From Nitrospira sp. (lineage in GTDB: Bacteria > Nitrospirota > Nitrospiria > Nitrospirales > Nitrospiraceae): a stretch of 36,630 nucleotides of DNA. The position numbers and the translations under genes were made by a program. Shown piece by piece: positions 1-8,596 of this stretch (position 1 is its first letter; each line of letters begins with the position of its first letter). The stretch covers positions 1-36,630 of the forward strand of contig JAICVE010000001.1 in the NCBI GenBank assembly GCA_025935475.1, written 5' to 3'. The notes beneath the pieces were generated by a model, which did no database searches, was not told where the DNA came from, and saw nothing but the letters and a program-made list of their open reading frames with translations.

Positions 1-601
1 ATAGCGTGAGCGCAGTGTGGAGGGCCATCGGCGTATACTGTCCTGCGCCGTACAGAAATTGCTCCCTGTAGAGATAGCCAAGAAACGCCATGAACGCCAG
101 TAGCATGGCACCCAACGTACAGCCGTCCGACAGCGCCTCATGACGAGTAACCGCACCGACCTTAAGAAGAAGCGCGACGCCGAGAAGGAGAAAGCAGATG
201 GCGGTGTTGATGCCCATGCGGCCGGGGATCCACGGGCCAACGGTCTCAAGCGGCTCATGAAATAGCCATTGATCGATTCCGAAGAAGTTCAGTCCCAGCA
301 GATACTCAAGGCCGGTTGTCAGACCCACGCCAGCGGCAACGGCAGCGGATCCAGCGGCCGCGAGCCGAAGAATCCTCGATCCTGGCTTAAGAGAGGCACT
401 CAACAATGCGATGCCGATCAGCATGAAGGCCACCGCGGTATTCGGCATCATGGGAATCAAGCCGGGAGCAAGACTCTTGAGGTCGGAGCGGGCGACAGCC
501 CAGCCATAGAGGACAAGGCTACCCACTTCAAGCGACAGAAGGCCTGCCAGTGGAGAGAGCGGGTGGACAAAACGCGAACGAAGTGCCGTCAAGAGAGTCA
601 C
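1..601 (-). CDS. Partial (runs off window) multi-pass membrane sensor protein, probably the N-terminal input domain of a histidine kinase or diguanylate cyclase
   Basis: Not in the ORF track because it has no stop in the window. Manual translation from GTG at 601 (GGAG at 610-607) gives MTLLTALRS...LVLYGW...MMPNTAVAFML...PGRMGINTAICFLLLG...YTPMALHTALTL. Repeated MxxNTA/MALHTA hydrophobic motifs are typical of these sensor domains. Confidence 0.75.
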   Translation of the reverse strand, partial: MTLLTALRSRFVHPLSPLAGLLSLEVGSLVLYGWAVARSDLKSLAPGLIPMMPNTAVAFMLIGIALLSASLKPGSRILRLAAAGSAAVAAGVGLTTGLEYLLGLNFFGIDQWLFHEPLETVGPWIPGRMGINTAICFLLLGVALLLKVGAVTRHEALSDGCTLGAMLLAFMAFLGYLYREQFLYGAGQYTPMALHTALTL

Positions 602-689
602 AGCCACTCCGCAGTAGGGGGTGGCGAAGAATGAAAGGAATGGGCGAAGATGTCAAGCCAGACACAGGCTTACATAACCGTCGATTCCT

Positions 690-715
690 CGTCGATTTCG
701 GCGGCAGGAAACGAC
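690..715 (+). promoter_or_regulatory. ECF42-type promoter candidate (CGTCGA-N16-CGAC) for the yciI-sigma operon
   Basis: CGTCGATTTCGG at 690 and CGAC at 712. The same motif and spacing recur at 2609 and 3587 and resemble the described ECF42 consensus (-35 TGTCGA, -10 CGA/TC). Confidence 0.7.
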
Positions 716-765
716 TATTTCATGCCAGGGGCACACACATGCCACCCCAAACCAAGGAGCCAATC

Positions 766-1125
766 ATGAAATACCTTTGCCTTGTCTACGTCGAAGAGCA
801 CGTGCTCAACGGGTTGCCGAAGCCCGAGCGGCAATCACTCTCCGACGAATCCATGGCCTTCTGTAATGACCTGCAGCAAAAGGGACAGCTCATTGCCGCA
901 TCGCCTCTCCATCCGGTCGAAACTGCCACGACCGTCAGAGTCCGGGCTGGAAAAACCGCGACGACCGACGGCCCATTTGCTGAAACCAAAGAGCAGCTCG
1001 GCGGATTTCTCGCTATCGACGTCCGAGACCTGAACGACGCCATCCGAATCGCCACTCATTTCCCCGCCGCCCGCATTGGAAGCATTGAAGTACGGCCGAT
1101 GAAGGAACTCGGCTGCGCCGAATGA
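766..1125 (+). CDS. YciI/DGPF-family protein
   Basis: MKYLCLVY start after AAGGAG; TDGPFAETKEQLGGF and IEVRP motifs. Confidence 0.92.
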   Translation: MKYLCLVYVEEHVLNGLPKPERQSLSDESMAFCNDLQQKGQLIAASPLHPVETATTVRVRAGKTATTDGPFAETKEQLGGFLAIDVRDLNDAIRIATHFPAARIGSIEVRPMKELGCAE

Positions 1126-1137
1126 AGCCAGGGACAC

Positions 1138-1214
1138 GGCGCGTCTTGGCGCGCCGGGGTGGGAGGGTGAGAAAGCAAAGGAGTTGCTTGGCAGCTTGGG
1201 GTGGGGGGGTGAGA
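1138..1214. repeat. GC hairpin followed by a 17-bp G-rich direct repeat
   Basis: GGCGCG-TCTTGG-CGCGCC at 1138-1155; GGGGTGGGAGGGTGAGA at 1156-1172 and GGGGTGGGGGGGTGAGA at 1198-1214 (1 mismatch). Confidence 0.6.
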
Positions 1215-1260
1215 TCGGCCAAACGCCTGTTCCGACAGGCGGCAGAGTGAGAATCCAGCA

Positions 1261-2511
1261 ATGACACAGACTGACGATGACGCGCGAGCCCAGGTTGACG
1301 AGGCATACCGGACGGAATCCCGCCGGGTGCTGGCCACCTTGATCCGACTCCTCCGCGATTTCGACCTCGCGGAGGAAGCGCTGCACGAGGCCTTCGCCGC
1401 CGCCTTGGTACAGTGGCCTCGTGAAGGCGTGCCCGTGAATGCCCGTGCATGGCTCGTATCGGCCGGGCGGTTCAAAGCCATCGATGCCATGAGGCGACGC
1501 GCGCGCTACGACGAGACGCTGGGTGCATTTGCCAAGGAGATGGATGTCGCTGCCGAGGAGCCTCTCGAGCCCGAGGGCCACGACATTGACGACGACCGCT
1601 TACGGCTGATCTTTACCTGTTGCCATCCGGCGCTCGCTCCGGAGGCCCAGATCGCCATGACGTTGCGGGAAGTCTGCGGCCTGACGACCGAGGAAATCGC
1701 CCGCGCGTTTCTCACGAAGCCTGCGACCATCGCCCAACGGATCGTACGCGCGAAATCCAAGATTCGCGACGCGCGCATCCCCTATGAAGTTCCCGTTTCC
1801 TCGGACCTGCCGGCGCGGCTGGATGCGGTACTGCGGGTCATTTATCTCGTCTTCAACGAAGGATATTCAGCGTCTTCGGGCGAATCCCTGACGCGCGCCG
1901 AGCTCTCGGGTGAAGCGATCCGTCTCGGCCGCCTGCTGCTGAACCTGCTGCCAGACCCGGAAACGACCGGCTTGCTTGCGCTGATGCTCTTGCAGGAATC
2001 GCGGCGGGCCGCGCGCACGTCGCCGGACGGAGACCTCATTCTCCTGGAAGATCAGGACCGCTCGCTGTGGGATCGCAGTCAGATCGCCGAAGGGGTCGCC
2101 TTGGTCGAGCAGGCGCTGTCCTCAGGGCGCTTCGGAGCCTATACCCTCCAGGCAGGAATCGCCGCAGTCCATGCCGAAGCGCCTGACTCGGCCAACACGG
2201 ATTGGGCTCAGATCGTCGGACTCTATGATGTGCTGCTGCGCGTAAACTCGTCGACAGTGGTGGAATTGAATCGGGCCGTTGCGGTGGCCATGCGTGACGG
2301 TCCCCTCGCAGGGCTTCATCTCATCGAAGCCATTCTGCATCGCGGCGAACTGACGGAGTACCACTTGGCCCATTCGGCCCGCGCCGAACTCTGTCGTCGA
2401 TTGGGACGAACTCAAGAGGCCCGCCAAGCCTACGAACGGGCGCTCGCCCTCACTCGCCAGGAGCCGGAACGACGGTTTCTGGAGCGACGGCTCAGCACAC
2501 TGGGGGGTTGA
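1261..2511 (+). CDS. ECF sigma factor with long C-terminal TPR-like extension (ECF42 group, DUF6596-type)
   Basis: 416 aa. Region 2 ([17 protein letters not shown]), [12 protein letters not shown], region 4 ([12 protein letters not shown]), [15 protein letters not shown]. Flanked by DGPF genes. Confidence 0.92.
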   Translation: MTQTDDDARAQVDEAYRTESRRVLATLIRLLRDFDLAEEALHEAFAAALVQWPREGVPVNARAWLVSAGRFKAIDAMRRRARYDETLGAFAKEMDVAAEEPLEPEGHDIDDDRLRLIFTCCHPALAPEAQIAMTLREVCGLTTEEIARAFLTKPATIAQRIVRAKSKIRDARIPYEVPVSSDLPARLDAVLRVIYLVFNEGYSASSGESLTRAELSGEAIRLGRLLLNLLPDPETTGLLALMLLQESRRAARTSPDGDLILLEDQDRSLWDRSQIAEGVALVEQALSSGRFGAYTLQAGIAAVHAEAPDSANTDWAQIVGLYDVLLRVNSSTVVELNRAVAVAMRDGPLAGLHLIEAILHRGELTEYHLAHSARAELCRRLGRTQEARQAYERALALTRQEPERRFLERRLSTLGG

Positions 2512-2608
2512 GCAGCCGTGCGAGCCGGTCAATTCGCCGATATAACTCTCAGACTCCGCCCATCCGAAAGTCCTGAAATATTCGTGGCTTGTCACACATC
2601 AGACTCCC

Positions 2609-2634
2609 TGTCGATTTCGGCCATCAGAGACGAC
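2609..2634 (+). promoter_or_regulatory. ECF42-type promoter candidate (TGTCGA-N16-CGAC)
   Basis: TGTCGATTTCGG at 2609 and CGACTAT at 2631, about 60 nt upstream of the second yciI. Confidence 0.75.
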
Positions 2635-2696
2635 TATGTTATGTGAGGACACACAATCCGATCCTACGCAGGATTCTGGCCAATGAAGAGGCTCTG

Positions 2697-3062
2697 ATGA
2701 AATATATGTTGCTCGTGTATCACGATGAACAGCACTTTGCTGCGCTCGGGGAGGCCACGCATGCCGCGATGCTGGAGGAGTCCATCCGGCTAGCTCATGA
2801 GATCACCTCAGGGACACAGTACCTCGCGGCGCCGTTACAACCGACATCCACGGCGACATGCGTCCGTGTCCGAGACAACAAACCCATGGTGACCGACGGT
2901 CCCTATGCGGAAACGCACGAACAACTGGCGGGCTACTTTCTCATTGACGCAAAGAACCTCGATGTGGCCATCAGCATCGCCGCAAGGGTGCCGGGCGCCC
3001 GTATCGGGACGATCGAGATTCGTCCGATCAGAGACGTCCGCGGCTTACCGACAGCGTCGTAA
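2697..3062 (+). CDS. YciI/DGPF-family protein
   Basis: MKYMLLVY start; TDGPYAETHEQLAGYF and IEIRP motifs. Confidence 0.92.
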   Translation: MKYMLLVYHDEQHFAALGEATHAAMLEESIRLAHEITSGTQYLAAPLQPTSTATCVRVRDNKPMVTDGPYAETHEQLAGYFLIDAKNLDVAISIAARVPGARIGTIEIRPIRDVRGLPTAS

Positions 3063-3148
3063 CGGGAAGGACACATCGTTGGAAGGGTCCGTAATGACCG
3101 CAGCGTTTCAGAAAACCTATGAGGGCTGATCACGCAAGAGGCACACTC

Positions 3149-3523
3149 ATGAACTCAAAACACATGCTCTGGGTCTCATATATCATGAGCACACTTCCGG
3201 TGTTGATGCTGCTGTTCAGCGGCATCATGAAACTGATCAAGCCGCCGTCGGTGATGGAAGGATTCGCGCACCTTGGGTATGACGAGAGTGTGGCGCTTGG
3301 TCTTGGCGTCGTCGAGCTGCTTGCGACACTCCTCTACATCATCCCTCGCACTTCTGTGCTTGGGGCTATTCTGTTGACCGGCTACTTGGGCGGTGCGACG
3401 GCGACTCATCTGCGTATCGGCGAGCCATTCCACATGGCCATTCTGCTCGGGGTGTTTGTGTGGGGCGGACTGTATCTCCGGGATGAGCGGCTACGCCTGC
3501 TCATCCCGCTCCGGACATCATAG
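3149..3523 (+). CDS. DoxX-family membrane protein
   Basis: About four hydrophobic segments; SG.MKL and LGAILLTGYLGGA.ATH motifs. Confidence 0.88.
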   Translation: MNSKHMLWVSYIMSTLPVLMLLFSGIMKLIKPPSVMEGFAHLGYDESVALGLGVVELLATLLYIIPRTSVLGAILLTGYLGGATATHLRIGEPFHMAILLGVFVWGGLYLRDERLRLLIPLRTS

Positions 3524-3586
3524 TGCCTCCCCCTAGGTGTTGTGCCAGGTGCGGAAGCGGGATCTGATTTGTTTCACTGGACAGTC

Positions 3587-3612
3587 TGTCGATTTTTCCA
3601 AGAACGTTCGAC
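3587..3612 (+). promoter_or_regulatory. ECF42-type promoter candidate (TGTCGA-N16-CGAC)
   Basis: TGTCGATTT at 3587 and CGAC at 3609, upstream of the third yciI (RBS AAGGAGG near 3655). Confidence 0.72.
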
Positions 3613-3668
3613 GAAGAAAACAGAGACGAGTTTTCATCGTATCGAGCCGAGACAAAGGAGGATCTTGT

Positions 3669-4093
3669 ATGCGTTTCATGATTATCGTCAAAGCCAGCAA
3701 AGACTCGGAAGCGGGCGTCATGCCCAGCGAGAAACTCCTGTCCGAAATGGGAAAATTCAACGAAGAATTGGCCAACGCGGGTGTCTTGCTGGCCGCCGAC
3801 GGTTTACATCCCACGTCGAAAGGGGTGCGCGTCAAGTTTTCCGGGAACAAGCGCACGGTCGTCGACGGGCCGTTCACGGAAACAAAGGATTTGATCGCTG
3901 GCTTTTGGCTCTGGAAGGTGAAGTCCAAAGAAGAGGCCATCGAATGGGTGAAGCACTGTCCGAATCCGCACAACGAAGATAGCGAGATCGAGATCCGGAG
4001 GTGTTCGAAGCCGAAGATTTCGGCGAAGAGTTTACTCCGGAGCTTCGAGCGCAGGAAGAGCGGGTTCGGACGCAGGCTGCGAAAATACAATAG
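3669..4093 (+). pseudogene. YciI/DGPF-family (PhnB-associated) protein with apparent 1-bp frameshift near 3999; may be a sequencing error
   Basis: MRFMIIVKA...GLHPTSKG...DGPFTETKDLIAGFW...EIEIR, then the family-like tail VFEAEDFGEEFTPELRAQEERVR..TAG(4093) lies in another frame (ATC CGG AG GTG TTC). Confidence 0.8.
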
Positions 4094-4126
4094 AGCACCC
4101 CCGCCGTGCGGGGAAAGGAGGCAGCG

Positions 4127-4531
4127 ATGCAACTACAACCCTATCTATTCTTTGAAGGCCGTTGTGAGGAAGCGGCTCAGTTCTACGAGAAGGCGGTCGG
4201 CGCAAAAGTCGGCAGGCTCATCCGCTTCAAGGATAGTCCAGATCCGAGCCTCTGTGGCTCCGCGGACTCAAATAAGGTTATGCACATGACCATGCAAATC
4301 GGTGATCAGACGATCATGGCATCAGATGGGCAATGCCAGGGGACGCAGACCTACCAAGGGTTTGCCCTCTCACTCACCGTGAAGAGCGAAGTCGAGGCCG
4401 ACCGGCGGTTCAATGCATTGGCTGAGGGCGGGCAAGTGAGCCAACCGTTAACGAAGACGTTTTTTTCACCCCGCTTCGGCATGGTGACCGATCGTTTTGG
4501 AGTGTCCTGGATGATTCATGCGACTCCCTAA
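4127..4531 (+). CDS. PhnB-like VOC/glyoxalase-family protein
   Basis: MQLQPYLFFEGRCEEA..FY, VMH, MASD and FGMVTDRFGVSWM motifs; RBS AAGGAGG. Confidence 0.9.
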   Translation: MQLQPYLFFEGRCEEAAQFYEKAVGAKVGRLIRFKDSPDPSLCGSADSNKVMHMTMQIGDQTIMASDGQCQGTQTYQGFALSLTVKSEVEADRRFNALAEGGQVSQPLTKTFFSPRFGMVTDRFGVSWMIHATP

Positions 4532-4630
4532 TGTGCCAGGTTTCTTCATCACGAGGAGACGTGCTTTCCGATCGACAACCGGCTGCCCGCTCTGGAAGCC
4601 AGAGGGCAGCCAATATCCTAGAAGGAGGTC

Positions 4631-5233
4631 ATGATGCGTTTGACAATCGGTGCACTCACCTGTCTGTGTCTTATCCTCTCGGTATCCACCGTGCCGGCAA
4701 AAGAAAAGAAGCACGATAAACACATGGATCAACAGGCGATGATGGAGCTCTGGAAGCAGATGGCCGTGCCCGGCGAGCCGCACAAATTGTTTGCATCCCT
4801 CGCGGGCAGCTGGACCACCACGACCAAGGAGTGGATGGAACCGGGCAAGCCGCCGACGGAAGCCACCGGCACGGCCGAAATGAAGATGCTGCTCGACGGA
4901 CGTTTCCTCTATCAGGAATACAACGGCCAGATGATGGGCCAACCATTTTCTGGGATCGGCATCGATGCCTACGACAACATGACGAAGAAATACCGGACGA
5001 TCTGGATGGATTCGATGGGCACCGGCTTCTTTATCATGGAAGGAACGGCGAGCGCCGATGGGAAGACCATCACGCTCCACGGCTCGCACCCGGAGCCGAA
5101 CGGAGGCAAGATGACGCATCGTGCCGTCTGGAAGATCGTGGACAACAACAGCCAGACGTTCGACATGTACGGAGCGCACAAGGGCGATAAAGAAACAAAG
5201 ATGATGGAAATCGTCTATACCCGGAAGCCGTAA
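4631..5233 (+). CDS. DUF1579-family secreted protein
   Basis: Signal peptide; PGEPHK...LAGSW, GRFL.QEY.G, YDN..KKY...WMDSMGTG, MEI.YTR; RBS AAGGAGG. Confidence 0.85.
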   Translation: MMRLTIGALTCLCLILSVSTVPAKEKKHDKHMDQQAMMELWKQMAVPGEPHKLFASLAGSWTTTTKEWMEPGKPPTEATGTAEMKMLLDGRFLYQEYNGQMMGQPFSGIGIDAYDNMTKKYRTIWMDSMGTGFFIMEGTASADGKTITLHGSHPEPNGGKMTHRAVWKIVDNNSQTFDMYGAHKGDKETKMMEIVYTRKP

Positions 5234-5249
5234 CCCTCCGGCGCTTGTC

Positions 5250-5276
5250 GTTGGGCCGGGCCCACGCCGGCCCAAC
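5250..5276 (+). terminator. Intergenic stem-loop after the DUF1579 gene (possible terminator or processing site)
   Basis: Perfect 10-bp stem GTTGGGCCGG / CCGGCCCAAC with no U-tract. Confidence 0.4.
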
Positions 5277-5339
5277 ATTGACCCTGCGCGCACGAACGTG
5301 TTTGACTACCCGCCCACACTAGAGCAAACGGAGGCACCT

Positions 5340-5774
5340 ATGGCACGCGCGATGAGCCTCATGATCTTGGCCATTCTCTTGGTCGTGAGTAGCGGTTGCA
5401 GTTACCTGTTCTATCCACGCGCAGGTGACTATGCCTCGCAGGCAAAGGGCGCCACCGGCGTCGACACCATGATCAATCTGACGACGATGATGGAAGCAAC
5501 CGCCGCCAAGGCGAAGGGCGGGAAAGGCAAGGATGCCGCGTTCGACGATTACCACAACCAATTGCATGCCCTCCTTGATTCCTACTGCGAAGTCACCAAA
5601 GAACAGGAAAAAACACCGGCGTATGATCTTGCCGTGACCCATAAAAAGGAGTTGATCACCATTTTCAAGCGCCTCTGGAAATTCAAAGACGATCAGCCGC
5701 AACGCGATCAACATCTCGACCTCTCGATTGCAGAGCTGAAAGAATTGCGCGAGACGTTGCAGACCATCAAGTAA
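5340..5774 (+). CDS. Hypothetical helical lipoprotein
   Basis: ATG at 5340 after GGAGG; hydrophobic signal with lipobox SSGC; amphipathic helical body. Confidence 0.75.
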   Translation: MARAMSLMILAILLVVSSGCSYLFYPRAGDYASQAKGATGVDTMINLTTMMEATAAKAKGGKGKDAAFDDYHNQLHALLDSYCEVTKEQEKTPAYDLAVTHKKELITIFKRLWKFKDDQPQRDQHLDLSIAELKELRETLQTIK

Positions 5775-5799
5775 CGGTGGCGGCATCCGGGAGGCGACC

Positions 5800-6222
5800 A
5801 TGGGGACCAACTTCGGGCATATCGAACTGATCACTCAGAACCTCGACAAGGCGAAAGACTTCTACCAGAAACTGTTCGGCTGGAAAGTCCGCGACCTGCC
5901 GGATATGCCCTATTCGCTCTTCAATGAGCAGCTCTCCCCGACGGGAGGCATGATGAAGAGTCCCGACGCGGGATCGGAATCGTTCTGGATTCCCTACATT
6001 GTGACGGATGACATCACCGGTGTGACAGAGAAAGCCCGAAGCCTCGGCGCGACCATTCATCGAGAAGTCATGGTCGCCGGTCAATACGGGTGGTTGAGCA
6101 TCATCAATGATCCGACGGGGGCCACGTTCGGGCTGTGGCAACCGAAAATGGAACCGAAACCGGCGAGAAAAAAGTCTGTGGCCAGACGCGTCAAGAGCAG
6201 GCCGAAGCGGCGGCGGCGCTGA
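5800..6222 (+). CDS. VOC/glyoxalase-family protein with basic C-terminal tail
   Basis: HIEL.T.....AKDFY..LFGW, GGMM, W.PY...DD, DPTGA.FGLWQ; RBS GGAGG. Confidence 0.88.
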   Translation: MGTNFGHIELITQNLDKAKDFYQKLFGWKVRDLPDMPYSLFNEQLSPTGGMMKSPDAGSESFWIPYIVTDDITGVTEKARSLGATIHREVMVAGQYGWLSIINDPTGATFGLWQPKMEPKPARKKSVARRVKSRPKRRRR

Positions 6223-6260
6223 GGGGACCAGACTCGACGATCTCTGAAGGAGGCGACCAG

Positions 6261-7430
6261 ATGGCTCGAGCAACGATGACCAGCACACCAGCGGCCAGCA
6301 AGGGGGCCGTGACCCTCTTAATAGCCACGCGAAAAGGCGCGTTCACACTGCGTAGCGACGCATCTCGACGGACATGGAAACTGTCTGCGCCGATGTTTCT
6401 CGGTCACATCGTGCACCATATGGTGCTGGACCCGCGCGATCGACGCACCATGCTGATGGCTGTCAGTACCGGCCATCTGGGACCGACAATCTACCGGTCG
6501 ACGGATGGCGGAAAAACTTGGAAGGAGTCCTCGACGCCACCGGCCTTCCGAAAGGTGCCTGAAGGCGAATCTGGCCGAACAGTGAATCATGTCTTTTGGT
6601 TGACCCCCTGCCATGCGAACGAACCGGATTCGTGGTACGCCGGCACGTCGCCCCAGGGTCTGTTCCGCTCCGACAATGGCGGTGTGACCTGGGCCGCCTT
6701 CTCCTATATCAACGAAGACCCGCAGTACCTTGAGTGGATGGGCACTGTGCAGGACGGCACGCCCGACGGTCCCAAGCTGCATTCCATCATCGTCGACCCG
6801 CGCAATCCGAAGCACCTCTATTTTGCGATGTCCGGCGGCGGGGTCCACGAATCGGTGGACGGAGGCAAGACCTTTCTCCCGTTGATCAAAGGACTTGAGG
6901 TCGTCGAAGGGTTTGACCCCGCCACGGTGACGTTTCATGATCCACACTGTGTCCAATTGTGCCCCAGTAATCCTGATCGGTTGTATCAGCAGAACCATTG
7001 CGGGATTTATCGTCTCGATCGTCCGTCCAACCAATGGGTGCGCATCGGCAAGCACATGCCCAAGGCGATCGGCGACATCGGCTTTCCGATAGTGGTCCAT
7101 CCCCGCAATGCGGATGTCGCCTGGGTGTTCCCGATGGACGGCTCGACCGTGTGGCCACGGGTCAGTCTCGGAGGAAAACCTGCCGCGTATGTGACGCGAA
7201 ATGCCGGGAACACCTGGTCTCGTCTTGATAAGGGCTTTCCCAAAGCTGACGCCTGGTGGACGGTGAAACGCCAGGCCATGACCCGTGACGCCCATGACCC
7301 GGTCGGGCTCTATCTCGGAACAACCAGTGGCGAAATTTGGGCGAGCCGCACGGAAGGGCAGAGCTGGGTATGCATTGCCCGTCACTTGCCGGAAATTTAT
7401 TCCGTGGAAGCCGCCATGTTGGCGCGATGA
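6261..7430 (+). CDS. BNR/Asp-box beta-propeller protein (sialidase/YCF48-like fold, function unknown)
   Basis: Repeated SxDGGxTW boxes (STDGGKTW, SDNGGVTW, SVDGGKTF, TRNAGNTW, SRTEGQSW); ATG at 6261 after GGAGG. Confidence 0.85.
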   Translation: MARATMTSTPAASKGAVTLLIATRKGAFTLRSDASRRTWKLSAPMFLGHIVHHMVLDPRDRRTMLMAVSTGHLGPTIYRSTDGGKTWKESSTPPAFRKVPEGESGRTVNHVFWLTPCHANEPDSWYAGTSPQGLFRSDNGGVTWAAFSYINEDPQYLEWMGTVQDGTPDGPKLHSIIVDPRNPKHLYFAMSGGGVHESVDGGKTFLPLIKGLEVVEGFDPATVTFHDPHCVQLCPSNPDRLYQQNHCGIYRLDRPSNQWVRIGKHMPKAIGDIGFPIVVHPRNADVAWVFPMDGSTVWPRVSLGGKPAAYVTRNAGNTWSRLDKGFPKADAWWTVKRQAMTRDAHDPVGLYLGTTSGEIWASRTEGQSWVCIARHLPEIYSVEAAMLAR

Positions 7431-7687
7431 GAATTCATATCCCGAGTGCACTGCGGGCGTATACGAAACAGCAAAGCGAAGTGGAGGTCGAAGGATCGAC
7501 GCTTGGAGAGGTGTTGTCCGAGCTGGACGTGCGCTACCCCGGCTTTCGTTTTCGCATTGTGACCGAACAGGACAGGATCAGACCGCATATCAGAATTTTC
7601 GTCAACGACGAACAGGCCCAAGAACTGTTGACTCCATTAAATGGGGAAGCCCGAATGTACATTGTCTGCGCCTTGAGCGGAGGCTGA
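7427..7687 (+). CDS. MoaD/ThiS-family ubiquitin-like protein
   Basis: 86 aa: MRIHIPSALR...STLGEVL..LD..YPG...IFVN...ALSGG-stop. ATGA overlap with the propeller gene. Confidence 0.9.
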   Translation: MRIHIPSALRAYTKQQSEVEVEGSTLGEVLSELDVRYPGFRFRIVTEQDRIRPHIRIFVNDEQAQELLTPLNGEARMYIVCALSGG

Positions 7688-7705
7688 CGCAATCGAATCC
7701 ATACC

Positions 7706-8563
7706 ATGACGAAACAAGATTCGCAGCAGATCATCGAAGATCAACGCCAAGACTGGAACCGCGTCGCCGGTGCCTGGGAGAAGTGGGACCGCCTCTTCGA
7801 GGAGCAAGCTGGCTATCTCAATCATCGGTTGGTCGCCGATGCCCGACTTCGGCAGGGTCACGCGGTACTCGATGTGGGCTCCGGGACCGGCTATCCGGCG
7901 ATTCTTGCGGCTCAGACTGTCGGAGCTTCGGGCTCGGTGACCGGGATCGACCTCGCAGGTGAGATGTTGGCGGTCGCTCAACGAAAGGCGAAGCGGCTCG
8001 GCCTTCTAAACGTGACATTCCGTACTGGCGACGCGACGACCTTGCCGTTCGAAACGGCGTCATTCGATGCAGTCATCAGTCGCTTTTGCTTGATGTTCCT
8101 CCCCGATGTTCCCAAAGCCTCCACGGAAATTGCGCGAGTGTTGAAGCCGAACCGATGGTTCGCCGTTATGGTCTGGACATCCCCAGAACGGAATCCTCGG
8201 ATTGGTCTGTCGATGGCGGCGATGAAGCAGGTATTCGATCTGCCTCCACCCGACCCGACGGCTCCCGGCATCTTTCGTCTTGCCAAACCCGGTGAATTGG
8301 CCGGCATGCTCCAGGAGGCTGGACTCGTCGACATCACTGAGCAGGAGTTTCTTGCTGAATGGTCTTACGAGTCGCCCGAGCACTACTACTCCACGATGAT
8401 GGAGATCGCCGCGCCGGTCCAAAATCTGATGGCGGGGTGTTCCGACTCGCAGCGGCAAGAGGTGAAGCGGCTCATAATCGAAGCGGCCTCGGCGTATCGT
8501 CAGGATGACCGGATCACCTTTCCTATTGCCGTACGGGTGGTGGCCGGACGGAAACCGGCGTAG
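7706..8563 (+). CDS. Class I SAM-dependent methyltransferase (UbiE-like)
   Basis: VLDVGSGTG, GIDLA..ML, GDATTLPF...SFDAV and LKP motifs. Confidence 0.9.
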   Translation: MTKQDSQQIIEDQRQDWNRVAGAWEKWDRLFEEQAGYLNHRLVADARLRQGHAVLDVGSGTGYPAILAAQTVGASGSVTGIDLAGEMLAVAQRKAKRLGLLNVTFRTGDATTLPFETASFDAVISRFCLMFLPDVPKASTEIARVLKPNRWFAVMVWTSPERNPRIGLSMAAMKQVFDLPPPDPTAPGIFRLAKPGELAGMLQEAGLVDITEQEFLAEWSYESPEHYYSTMMEIAAPVQNLMAGCSDSQRQEVKRLIIEAASAYRQDDRITFPIAVRVVAGRKPA

Positions 8564-8596
8564 TGAGGCTGGCGCTGGACTCTTCGAGGAGTCATT

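Noticed and set aside
269-634. 121-aa plus-strand ORF
   Set aside because: Antisense shadow of the minus-strand membrane sensor gene, which has recognisable motifs.
3537-4289. 250-aa ORF as a YciI with novel basic extension
   Set aside because: The extension is explained by a frameshift near 3999 and overlaps the PhnB-like gene.
6318-7451. 377-aa minus-strand ORF and similar long antisense ORFs (4466-5293, 20738-21652, 34630-35817)
   Set aside because: Mirror frames of well-supported genes in GC-rich DNA, with no motifs.
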